A stretch of DNA of 64,000 bases from Syntrophaceae bacterium (GTDB lineage Bacteria; Desulfobacterota; Syntrophia; Syntrophales; PHBD01), in assembly GCA_013177825.1 (NCBI GenBank), contig JABLXX010000001.1, positions 208,936 through 272,935 on the forward strand, written 5' to 3'. A program made the translations under genes and the position numbers. Position 1 is the stretch's first letter. Every line of letters begins with the position of its first letter. Of this stretch, positions 29,170-37,752 are shown one piece after another. Below the pieces are notes generated by a model. It was not told where the DNA came from, made no database searches, and saw only the letters and a list, made by a program, of their open reading frames with translations.

Positions 29170-30599
29170 GACGCCTGCCGGTTGTCTTTCTCGTGATTTT
29201 GCTGACTCTTATTTCCTTCCTCCCAGCATCGGCAAAGGCTGAAGATCGTTCCAAGACGGTGCCGCTGATCCGGATTTCCCCTGACCGCCTCTCCTATCCG
29301 CCCCTCGATTTTCAGGTCCCGCGGGCCGAACGCTTCCTCATGAAAAACGGCATGGTCGTCTATTTCTTTCAGGACCGCGAGGTTCCGGTCGTAAACGTCC
29401 AGGCCTTCCTGAAGGCCGGTTCCCTGCAGGACCCGGACGGCAAGGAGGGGCTCGCGGAGCTGACTGCCACGGTGATGAGGACCGGCGGCATCCGCTCCCT
29501 GTCGGGACGCGGGGTGGATGAACGACTGGACTTCCTGGCCGCCGAAGCGGGACTGGCGGCGGGCCCGCAGACCATCACGGCCACCTTTTCGGTCCTGAAA
29601 AAAGATCTGGAAGAGGGACTCGCGATCTTCTCCGGCATCCTGCGGTATCCCGTCTTTGAGGAAGAAAAGCTGCATCTGGCGAAAGAACTGAAGAAGGAAG
29701 ATCTGCGGAGGATCGCCGACGATCCCCAGCGACTGGCCTTTCGTGAATTCAACCGCTTTTTTTACCGGAACAGCCCCTGGGGCCGCCTCTCTTCCCTGGC
29801 GTCGATCGACGCCGTCCGCCGGCAGGACCTGGTTCGCTGGCACCAGCGCTTCTTCTCACCCCGAAATCTGTGGATCGCCGTCAGCGGCGATGTAACCCGA
29901 AAAGAGGCCGAGGCCGCCCTGGAGCGCCATTTCGGAACCTGGCCCGCCGCGGAGCCCGCCGGGACTTCGACGCCCCCGCCCTCTCCACAGCGGCGAGGAA
30001 TCCGCTTTATTCCCAAGGAGATATCGCAATCCATCGTCATCGTCGGTCACCCGGCGCCGCCGAAAAGCGCCCCGGATTACTATGCCTTTGAGGTCCTCGA
30101 CTTTCTCCTGGGCAGCGGCGGCTTTTTCTCACGAATTTTCCAGGAAGTCCGCACCGACCGGGGGCTTGCCTACAGTACGGGCAGCTTTTATCGGGACCGC
30201 CGCGACCACGGGCTATTCGGCGCCTATGCATTCACCGGGGCGAAGTCAACCCTCCCGGTCCTGACACTCCTGGAACAGATCCTTGCGGAAAGCGAAAAAC
30301 GCGGCTTCACGGAGAAAGACCTGCAGCTGGCCAAGGATTCCCTGCTCAACAGCTTCCTCTTTTCTTTCCAGTCACCGGAGCAGATCGTCAAGAGCCGTCT
30401 TTCCGTTGAGTTCAACGGCCTTCCCGCCGATTTTCTCGAGACCTACCGGGAAAGAATCCGCCGCGTAACCCTGGATGATCTGCAGGTGGCGGCGAACCGC
30501 TGGCTGGACGCAGGCAGGGCGTCGATCCTCGTCCTCGGAAATCCCGGCGATTTCGGAGGCAGCCTCGAATCCTTCGGAAGCGTGACCAAAGCCCCGTAG
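29166..30599 (+). CDS. Secreted M16 family peptidase-like protein lacking HxxEH (probable non-catalytic partner)
   Basis: Signal peptide MRRLPVVFLVILLTLISFLPASA. The M16 fold pattern is present, but the equivalent site reads GLAELTATVMRTGG. ATGA overlap with the upstream M16 gene. Confidence 0.8.
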   Translation: MRRLPVVFLVILLTLISFLPASAKAEDRSKTVPLIRISPDRLSYPPLDFQVPRAERFLMKNGMVVYFFQDREVPVVNVQAFLKAGSLQDPDGKEGLAELTATVMRTGGIRSLSGRGVDERLDFLAAEAGLAAGPQTITATFSVLKKDLEEGLAIFSGILRYPVFEEEKLHLAKELKKEDLRRIADDPQRLAFREFNRFFYRNSPWGRLSSLASIDAVRRQDLVRWHQRFFSPRNLWIAVSGDVTRKEAEAALERHFGTWPAAEPAGTSTPPPSPQRRGIRFIPKEISQSIVIVGHPAPPKSAPDYYAFEVLDFLLGSGGFFSRIFQEVRTDRGLAYSTGSFYRDRRDHGLFGAYAFTGAKSTLPVLTLLEQILAESEKRGFTEKDLQLAKDSLLNSFLFSFQSPEQIVKSRLSVEFNGLPADFLETYRERIRRVTLDDLQVAANRWLDAGRASILVLGNPGDFGGSLESFGSVTKAP

Positions 30600-30750
30600 C
30601 CCGGCGGTTCCCGTTTGGACCCGGCGGAAACCGGCCTCCGGATCGGGAAATACAGGCCCCCCTCCCGCCACAGTTTTCTTTGCCTCCGGACCCTTCCTGT
30701 GGTAGAAATCGCGCTCCGTTTATCATTCAAGGAGCAGTGACCCGACGAAC

Positions 30751-31998
30751 ATGATCCGGCAAGACACCTTCCAGCGCATATCCGCGCGCATCGATCGTTA
30801 CGAAGCGGACATGATCCGCCTCCAGGCCGAGTTGACGGCCATTCCCGCCCTGGCCCCGGAAAACGGCGGGGACGGCGAATACAGAAAATCGCGCCGTCTG
30901 AAAGAGCTTCTCGAAGAGTATGGCTTCCCGGAGGTCCGGGAGATCAATGCCCCCGACGAGCGGGTATCGGACGGCGTCCGCCCGAACCTGGTGACCCTGA
31001 TCCCTGGGCGGACCGACCGGAGGGTCTGGATCCTGTCGCATATGGACATCGTTCCGCCGGGAGAGCTCTCCTTCTGGGACGGAGATCCCTACACGGTCCG
31101 CGTCCGCGACGGCAAGGTCTTCGGAAGGGGGACGGAAGACAACCAGCAGGATCTGGTCGCCTCCGTCTTCGCCGCCAAGGCGTTCCTCGACGAAGGAGTC
31201 GTTCCGGAGGCCGCAATGGGGCTTGCTTTCGTAGCCGACGAGGAAACGGCCAGCCACAAGGGGCTGGATTATATCCTGCAAAGCCCTGATAATCCGTTCC
31301 GCCGGGACGACCTGCTGGTCGTCCCCGATTCGGGAAACGAAGACGGCTCCCTCATCGAGATCGCCGAGAAGAGCATCCTCTGGCTGCGCTTAGAGACCAT
31401 TGGAAAGCAGTGCCATGCCAGCCGGCCCGATATGGGCCTCAACGCCTTCCGGGCGGCGTCCCACCTGGTGGTTCGCCTGAACGGGCTTCACGACCGTTTC
31501 GAAGCCGTCGATCCCCTTTTCAATCCTCCGCGAAGCACCTTCGAACCAACCCGGAAGGACGCCAACGTCCCCAACGTCAACACGATCCCCGGCGAAGACG
31601 TTTTCTACCTGGACTGCCGTATACTCCCACAATACGACCTTTCGGAGGTCGAAGCGGTCATCCGGTCCATGGCCGATGAAATCGAAAAAAGCTTCGGTGT
31701 CTCCATCTCCATCGCACCGGTGCAGCGGATCCAGTCCCCCCCGGCGACTCCCGCCTCGTCACCGGTCGTTTCCGCTCTGAAGAACGCCATCCGGGATGTG
31801 TACGCTGTTTCCGCCACGCCCCAGGGGGTGGGAGCGGGAACCGTTGCCGCCTTTTTCCGGGCCGCCGGGTACCCCGTGGCCGTCTGGAGCCGCTGCCGCT
31901 ACATGGCCCATCAACCGAACGAATACTGCCTCCTGTCAAGCATGACGGGCAATGCCAAGGTCTTCGCCCATCTGGTCCTCCAGGAAGCGGGATACTGA
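30751..31998 (+). CDS. M20 family metallohydrolase (ArgE/DapE/ACY1/CPG2 type)
   Basis: SHMDIVPPG, GRGTEDNQQDL, FVADEETAS: the metal-binding His/Asp/Glu blocks of M20. Confidence 0.8.
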   Translation: MIRQDTFQRISARIDRYEADMIRLQAELTAIPALAPENGGDGEYRKSRRLKELLEEYGFPEVREINAPDERVSDGVRPNLVTLIPGRTDRRVWILSHMDIVPPGELSFWDGDPYTVRVRDGKVFGRGTEDNQQDLVASVFAAKAFLDEGVVPEAAMGLAFVADEETASHKGLDYILQSPDNPFRRDDLLVVPDSGNEDGSLIEIAEKSILWLRLETIGKQCHASRPDMGLNAFRAASHLVVRLNGLHDRFEAVDPLFNPPRSTFEPTRKDANVPNVNTIPGEDVFYLDCRILPQYDLSEVEAVIRSMADEIEKSFGVSISIAPVQRIQSPPATPASSPVVSALKNAIRDVYAVSATPQGVGAGTVAAFFRAAGYPVAVWSRCRYMAHQPNEYCLLSSMTGNAKVFAHLVLQEAGY

Positions 31999-32068
31999 AC
32001 GGCATCGGGTCCTTGCAAACCGAACGGAACAGTGTCCGGAATCGTCCGCTCCATCCGCCACATTTCCA

Positions 32069-32097
32069 TTGACACGTCCTCATGATTTCCCTATGCT
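32069..32097 (+). promoter_or_regulatory. Sigma70-type promoter for the hydrogenase operon
   Basis: TTGACA (32069-32074), 17-nt spacer, TATGCT (32092-32097). About 210 nt upstream of the ATG at 32310. Confidence 0.45.
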
Positions 32098-32309
32098 CGT
32101 TTGGAATTTCAAGCACTTGAATTGTGTGTTGAAAATAACAGAGGACCTTTCGGACACTCGGTCCTGATTCATCCAGCGGGGGCGCGTTACAGCAAAGGGG
32201 GGTTTGCTCTTTCGGGCAAGCCCCTCGCTTGTCTGTCGCAGTCCGCTGCGGCAGGGCGCCGGACAAACGAAGCGCAATGAATATACGGAAGGCTTAGGAC
32301 AGGTTCCAT

Positions 32310-35300
32310 ATGATCAGCATTCGCATCGACGGGCAAGACTATCTGGTGGAAAAAGGACAGACCATCATCGATGCCGCGCGGGCCCACGGCATCGACATCC
32401 CCTTTCTCGGATACGACCCCCGGGTCAGCCCGCCAAGCAACGTGGAAGCGGCCTTTGTGGAGCTTCATGCAGGAGGCGGCATCAGATTCGTCTCGGCGAC
32501 GGCCACCGAGGCGTCGGAAGGCATGGTCATCCGTACAGAATCGGATGCCCTGGCAAGTTACCGGAAAATCTACCTTCAGGCCATACTCCGCCATCACTAC
32601 GGCGACTGCACCGCACCGTGCGTCCGGCGCTGTCCCGCCCACATCGACATCCAGAAGTATATCTACCACGTGGATGCCGGCAATTTCCGGGAGGCCCTGG
32701 AAGTCATAAAAGACAGCAATCCGATGCCCGCCGTCTGCGGCCGCGTATGCCCCCATCCCTGCGAATCCGACTGCCGGAGAAACGCCGTCGACGGCGCCGT
32801 CAACATCAACGGCATCAAGCGATTCGTCGCCGACAGGGACCGCTGCCAACTCACCCCCTACCGGCCGGAGTGTGCGTCCGATACGGGCTTTCGAGTCGCC
32901 GTCATCGGTGCCGGTCCCGCGGGTTTGACAGCGGCCTGGTTTCTCCGGAGGGCCGGGCATCGGGTAACGATCTTCGAGATGCAGGAAGCGGCTGGAGGAA
33001 TGCTGCGCTGGGGAATCCCCTTCTACCGTCTTCCCGAGGAAGAACTCGATGCGGAGATCCAGTCCATTCTCGAACTCGGTATCGACATTCATTACGGGAA
33101 GAAGCTTGGCCGCGATTTTACGCTGGATTCCCTGAAAAAGGACGGGTTTGACGCCGTGTTCGCCGGCCTGGGCGCACAGAAGGCATCCCCGATCGGAGTG
33201 GAGGGAGAAAACCTCCCCGGCGTCGTCTCGGGACTTGATTTTCTCGCGGCACTGGCGCGGGGGGGGAAACCGGAAACGGGGGAGCGGGTGATCGTTCTGG
33301 GCGGTGGAAACACCGCCATGGACGCGGCCCGCAGTGCCGTCCGGCTCGGAGTCAGGGATGTCGTCGTAGCCTACCGGAGAACCCGTCGCGAAATGCCGGC
33401 CCAGGAGGATGAGATCGAAGAGGCCCTGGAGGAAGGAGTCGACATCCGATACCTGACAGCCCCGCTGGCCATCGAGAAGGAAGGCCCCTTGCTTCGGCTC
33501 ACGTGTACAAAAATGGAACTGGGGGAACCGGACAAGAGCGGAAGAAGACGGCCTGTTCCCGTTCCGGGGTCCGAGTTCACCCTCATGGCGACGATGATCA
33601 TCTCCGCCATCGGGCAGACCGTGGACGGCCTCTGCCTGGGACACGAAAAGCTTCTCGACCGGTGGGGAAATGTCCAGGCCGATCCCGCGACCATGCAGAC
33701 GGCGATTCCCTGGGTCTTCTCAGGCGGCGACTGCGTAACGGGTCCCGACATCGCCATTGCCGCCATCGGGGCCGGCAGGAAAGCGGCCGCATCCATCGAC
33801 CGTTATCTCCGGGAGGGAACGGTCCTGTCTCCCGACGAACCATACTCCTGCACGAAGGGTGACTGGAAGGACATCCCGAAGGATGCCTTCAAGGACGTCC
33901 GGCCCGCCCGGAGAAACGGGATCATCGTTCTGCCGCCCGAAGAAAGGAAATCAACCTTTGCGGAATCGACCCGGACCTGGGACGCCGATACGGCCATGGA
34001 GGAAGCCTCCCGGTGCCTCCTGTGCGGTTGCTCGGAGCGCTACGGATGCGATCTCCGAAGTTACGCAAGCCGCTACGGCGTCCAGCACGATGAATCACGG
34101 CCGGGAACACTCCTGCCGGTGGACGACAACCACCCGATCATCCGGCGTGACGCCGGAAAGTGCATCCTCTGCGGACTCTGCCTGAAGGTATGCCGTGAGA
34201 TGGAGGGAGTCTCCGCGCTGAGCTTTTACGAGACGAACAACGTTCTCACCATCGGACCGAACGACCACCGCCCCCTGGATCTGACGACCTGTGTCGCCTG
34301 CGGTCACTGTACAACCATCTGCCCAACGGGAGCGCTGACCCTGAGGCCGGTCCTGCCTTCCGTGTACCGGGCCCTCCACACGCCGGAATGGACGGTCGTC
34401 GCCCAGATCGCTCCGGCGGTGCGCGCCGCCTTCGGCCAGCACTACGGCATTCTGCCGGAAAACGTCATGCCCGTGTTGAGCGCGGGGCTGAAGGAACTGG
34501 GATTCGATTTTGTCTTCGACACCTGCTGGGCCGCTGACCTGACCATCATGGAGGAGGGCACGGAATTCCTGTCGCGCCTGGCGGAGGGCGGCGTGATGCC
34601 CCAGATCACGTCCTGCTGCCCTGCCTGGGTGAATTACTGCGAAAAAATGGCACCGGACATCCTGCCCAACCTTTCCTCCTGCAAATCTCCCCAGCAGATG
34701 TTCGGCGCGGTCATGAAGCGCTATTTTGCAAAGCAGTTGCGGGTGAGGCCGGAACTTCTCTGCTTCATCTCCATCATGCCCTGCAATGCCAAAAAATACG
34801 AAGCCAGCCGTCCGGAGTTCCGATCGGGAGACGTTCCCGACGTGGATATCGTCATGACGACAACCGACGTCATCGCCATGTTCGAGGAGAGGCACATCGA
34901 TCCCCTGTCGATCAAACCCGTTCCCGTGGACGCGTTCTTCGGGAAGGCCAGCGGCGCCGGCATCATTTTCGGGGCCAGCGGCGGCGTGGCGGAAGCGGCC
35001 CTGCGGCTGGCATCGGAGAAGATCAGCGGCCGGAGAATGGAGAGCTTCAATTACGAAGGCGTGCGGGGGATGCAGGGGGTCAAGGAGACCAGGGTCCGGC
35101 TGGGCGAGACCGACGTCCGGCTGGCTGTCGTCAGCGGGCTGCAGAACGCCCAGCGGTTGATCGACCGGATTCGGGCCGGCGACGCCCCCTACGACCTCAT
35201 CGAGGTCATGGCCTGCCCGGGCGGATGCATCAACGGCTCGGGCAATCCGGCTCCACAGCTGAAAAGCGACACGGAATACCGCCTGGAGGTTCTGTACCGT

Positions 35301-35750
35301 CTTGATCAGGAGGCGTCCATCCGGACCAGCCAGGACAATCCCTCGGTCCAGGACGTCTATCGAAACTGGCTGGGGCGGCCGGACAGCGACGCCTCCCATC
35401 ATGCCCTTCACACGACCTACCGCCGCCGCTCCATGCGCCCGCAGGAACCGGCCGCTGCCGTTCCCCGTACCGAATATCCGGTGGTTGATGTGGGGGTCTG
35501 CATCGGAACGAACTGCTACGTCAAGGGATCCTGGAAATTGCTGGAGGGCCTGTCGGCCGAGTTGAAAAGGCGGGGTCTCACGGAACGGTGCCGAGTGAAG
35601 GCCCGTTTCTGTACGGGACAGTGCCAGGACGGCCCGAACATCGCCGTCAACGGCCGGATCATCGGCATCGCGAATCCGGACGACGCGGTGGGCATCGTCG
35701 ATCGGCACCTGATTCCCGCTCTGGACGGCCCCTTCAAGGAAAAAGAATAG
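32310..35750 (+). CDS. Chimeric NAD(P)H oxidoreductase (GltD/NfnB-like) and catalytic [FeFe] hydrogenase, with a C-terminal thioredoxin-like [2Fe-2S] domain
   Basis: GltD-like: CTAPCVRRCP...CGRVCPHPCESDCRRN, VAVIGAGPAGL, VIVLGGGNTAMD. 2x[4Fe-4S]: CILCGLCLKVC / CVACGHCTTICP. H-cluster motifs ITSCCPAWV, MPCNAKKYE, EVMACPGGCINGSGNP. C-terminal CIGTNC...FCTGQC. Confidence 0.9.
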   Translation: MISIRIDGQDYLVEKGQTIIDAARAHGIDIPFLGYDPRVSPPSNVEAAFVELHAGGGIRFVSATATEASEGMVIRTESDALASYRKIYLQAILRHHYGDCTAPCVRRCPAHIDIQKYIYHVDAGNFREALEVIKDSNPMPAVCGRVCPHPCESDCRRNAVDGAVNINGIKRFVADRDRCQLTPYRPECASDTGFRVAVIGAGPAGLTAAWFLRRAGHRVTIFEMQEAAGGMLRWGIPFYRLPEEELDAEIQSILELGIDIHYGKKLGRDFTLDSLKKDGFDAVFAGLGAQKASPIGVEGENLPGVVSGLDFLAALARGGKPETGERVIVLGGGNTAMDAARSAVRLGVRDVVVAYRRTRREMPAQEDEIEEALEEGVDIRYLTAPLAIEKEGPLLRLTCTKMELGEPDKSGRRRPVPVPGSEFTLMATMIISAIGQTVDGLCLGHEKLLDRWGNVQADPATMQTAIPWVFSGGDCVTGPDIAIAAIGAGRKAAASIDRYLREGTVLSPDEPYSCTKGDWKDIPKDAFKDVRPARRNGIIVLPPEERKSTFAESTRTWDADTAMEEASRCLLCGCSERYGCDLRSYASRYGVQHDESRPGTLLPVDDNHPIIRRDAGKCILCGLCLKVCREMEGVSALSFYETNNVLTIGPNDHRPLDLTTCVACGHCTTICPTGALTLRPVLPSVYRALHTPEWTVVAQIAPAVRAAFGQHYGILPENVMPVLSAGLKELGFDFVFDTCWAADLTIMEEGTEFLSRLAEGGVMPQITSCCPAWVNYCEKMAPDILPNLSSCKSPQQMFGAVMKRYFAKQLRVRPELLCFISIMPCNAKKYEASRPEFRSGDVPDVDIVMTTTDVIAMFEERHIDPLSIKPVPVDAFFGKASGAGIIFGASGGVAEAALRLASEKISGRRMESFNYEGVRGMQGVKETRVRLGETDVRLAVVSGLQNAQRLIDRIRAGDAPYDLIEVMACPGGCINGSGNPAPQLKSDTEYRLEVLYRLDQEASIRTSQDNPSVQDVYRNWLGRPDSDASHHALHTTYRRRSMRPQEPAAAVPRTEYPVVDVGVCIGTNCYVKGSWKLLEGLSAELKRRGLTERCRVKARFCTGQCQDGPNIAVNGRIIGIANPDDAVGIVDRHLIPALDGPFKEKE

Positions 35751-35761
35751 GAATAACGCCC

Positions 35762-36037
35762 ATGCTTGTGGTCACCATCTGTGTCGGCAGTTCGTGCAGC
35801 CTCCGGGGATCGGATGAACTGGCGTCCGGAATCCAGCGGCTCATCGTCAAGGAGCAACTCGAGGGACTGGTCGACATCGTCGGCGCCTTCTGCATGGATG
35901 CCTGTTCAAAAGGCGTTTCGGTGACAGTGGGCAGCCGCGAGTTCAACGGCATTCGCCCGGAAGACGCCGACGCCTTTTTTTATCGCGAGATCTTTCCCCT
36001 GCTCGGCAACAACGAACTCGTGAGGGCTCGCTCATGA
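35762..36037 (+). CDS. Small thioredoxin-like [2Fe-2S] ferredoxin (NuoE/HndA-like, HfsA-like)
   Basis: 91 aa. MLVVTICVGSSCSLRG...GAFCMDACSKG carries four Cys in the TRX-like 2Fe-2S arrangement. Start set at the ATG at 35762. The stop overlaps the next gene as ATGA. Confidence 0.7.
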   Translation: MLVVTICVGSSCSLRGSDELASGIQRLIVKEQLEGLVDIVGAFCMDACSKGVSVTVGSREFNGIRPEDADAFFYREIFPLLGNNELVRARS

Positions 36038-37752
36038 ACGAACCGGTCATCATCACGAATCCCGCCCTGTGTCACGACTGCTACCGCTGCGTGCGGAACT
36101 GCGACGTCAAGGCAATCCGCGTCCGGGACGGACAGGCCCAGGTCGTCCCCGAGCTCTGCATCCTCTGCGGCACCTGCATCCGCGTCTGCCCCCAGAAGGC
36201 CAAAGGCGTGCGGGCCTCCAGGCCGGACGTCTTGAAGGCGCACCGGGAAGGCCGGAAAATCATCGCCTCGGTGGCTCCTTCTATTCCCGCGTTCTTTCCG
36301 CTCCGAAGCTTCGCACAGGTTGAACATGCATTGAAAGCAATCGGGTTTCACGCCGCCGAGGAAACGGCCGTCGGCGCCCACATCGTGGCCCAGGCCCACC
36401 GGGACTACATGGAACAATCGAGAGACCGCTGGCCCGTGATCACCTCTTCCTGTCCTGTCATCGTCAATCTGGTCGAGCAGTATTATCCGGATCTCATCGG
36501 CCACCTGGTGCCCATCGTATCGCCCATGATCGCCCACGGCCGGATTCTGGCCCGGAAATACGGCCCCGAGGCGTACATCGTCTTCATCGGCCCCTGCATC
36601 GCCAAGAAAATGGAAATCCATGACGAGGCCGTAAGCGGCGTTGTCCATGCGGCCATAACCTTCCAGGGCCTGCAGGAATGGATGGCCGGGGCGGACGTTG
36701 CATGGCCCGAGCCGGCGGACGTGCCCGAAAAATCCGTTGAGGAAAAAGCGAGGCTGTTCCCCGTCGAGGGGGGACTGATCGGGACGGCCAGGATGAGTAC
36801 GGACATCCTGGACAAGCATCTGGTCATCGCCTCTGGTCTTCGCGCCTGCCGGGACGTTCTGAACGATATCCGCTCGGGGCAGCTTCACGCCTCCATGGTG
36901 GAGCTCATGGCCTGCAAGGGGGGATGCGTCAACGGACCGGTCATGGCCGACATGGAAGGCGGTATCTACGCGGCCCGGGAGAAGGTGATCCGTTTTCACG
37001 GCCGTTGCCAGCCGGAATTGCCCGTTCCCCAAGACGAATGGCCCGATCTGGCCAGGGGATACCGGGACCGAAAGGAGCACGGCCCGGAATTCAGCGAGGA
37101 AGACATTCAGAAGGTCCTGCACCGCATCAACAAGTACGGCCCCGACGACGAGCTGAACTGCGGCGCCTGCGGCTATTCATCCTGTCGGGAAAAGGCGCTG
37201 GCGACCCTGCGGGGCATGGCGGAAGTGACGATGTGCATCCCCTACATGCGGCGCCGCTCCGAATCACTGCGCCAGGTGGTCATGGATGCCACGCCGAACG
37301 CGATCATCATCGTCGACAACGACCTTCTGGTTCAGGACATGTCCCCCTCGGCGGAAACACTGTTTCGGAAAACCCTGTCCGATGTGAAGGGGAAGCACCT
37401 TTCGAACCTCATCACGGTCATGGACGATTTCATTCATGTCCGCGACACGGGGCAGCCCGTCATCGGCAGGGCGAGACGGCTGAAGGAAGACTTGGTGGGT
37501 GAACAGTCCATTGTCCGTGTCGAGGGACAGCTTCTCATGGTCGCCATTATCCGCGATGTCACGGAGCGAGAGAAGGAACGGGAGCAGTTCCGCTCCATCC
37601 GCGAGGAAACCCTGGAGCGGACACGGGAGGTCCTGGGCAAGCAGATGCGGGTTGCCCATGAGATCGCCCACCTCCTCGGAGAGACCACGGCGGAAAGCAA
37701 GACCATCGTGACCCATCTGGCCCGGTTACTGGAAGGGGATGATCAGGAGTGA
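36034..37752 (+). CDS. hydS: Putative sensory [FeFe] hydrogenase (group C / HydS type) with a C-terminal PAS domain
   Basis: 2x[4Fe-4S] CHDCYRCVRNC / CILCGTCIRVCP. Variant H-cluster motifs ITSSCPVIV, IGPCIAKKME, ELMACKGGCVNGP. Extra motif CGACGYSSC-x16-C. PAS-like region VVMDATPNAIIIVDNDLLVQDMSPSAETLF. Confidence 0.85.
   Translation: MNEPVIITNPALCHDCYRCVRNCDVKAIRVRDGQAQVVPELCILCGTCIRVCPQKAKGVRASRPDVLKAHREGRKIIASVAPSIPAFFPLRSFAQVEHALKAIGFHAAEETAVGAHIVAQAHRDYMEQSRDRWPVITSSCPVIVNLVEQYYPDLIGHLVPIVSPMIAHGRILARKYGPEAYIVFIGPCIAKKMEIHDEAVSGVVHAAITFQGLQEWMAGADVAWPEPADVPEKSVEEKARLFPVEGGLIGTARMSTDILDKHLVIASGLRACRDVLNDIRSGQLHASMVELMACKGGCVNGPVMADMEGGIYAAREKVIRFHGRCQPELPVPQDEWPDLARGYRDRKEHGPEFSEEDIQKVLHRINKYGPDDELNCGACGYSSCREKALATLRGMAEVTMCIPYMRRRSESLRQVVMDATPNAIIIVDNDLLVQDMSPSAETLFRKTLSDVKGKHLSNLITVMDDFIHVRDTGQPVIGRARRLKEDLVGEQSIVRVEGQLLMVAIIRDVTEREKEREQFRSIREETLERTREVLGKQMRVAHEIAHLLGETTAESKTIVTHLARLLEGDDQE

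Noticed and set aside
32187-35708. Two long minus-strand ORFs (32187-33644, 485 aa; 34095-35708, 537 aa) opposite the hydrogenase chimera
   Set aside because: They are antisense shadow ORFs with Arg/Gly/Pro-rich composition, and the sense strand encodes contiguous, motif-rich domains.
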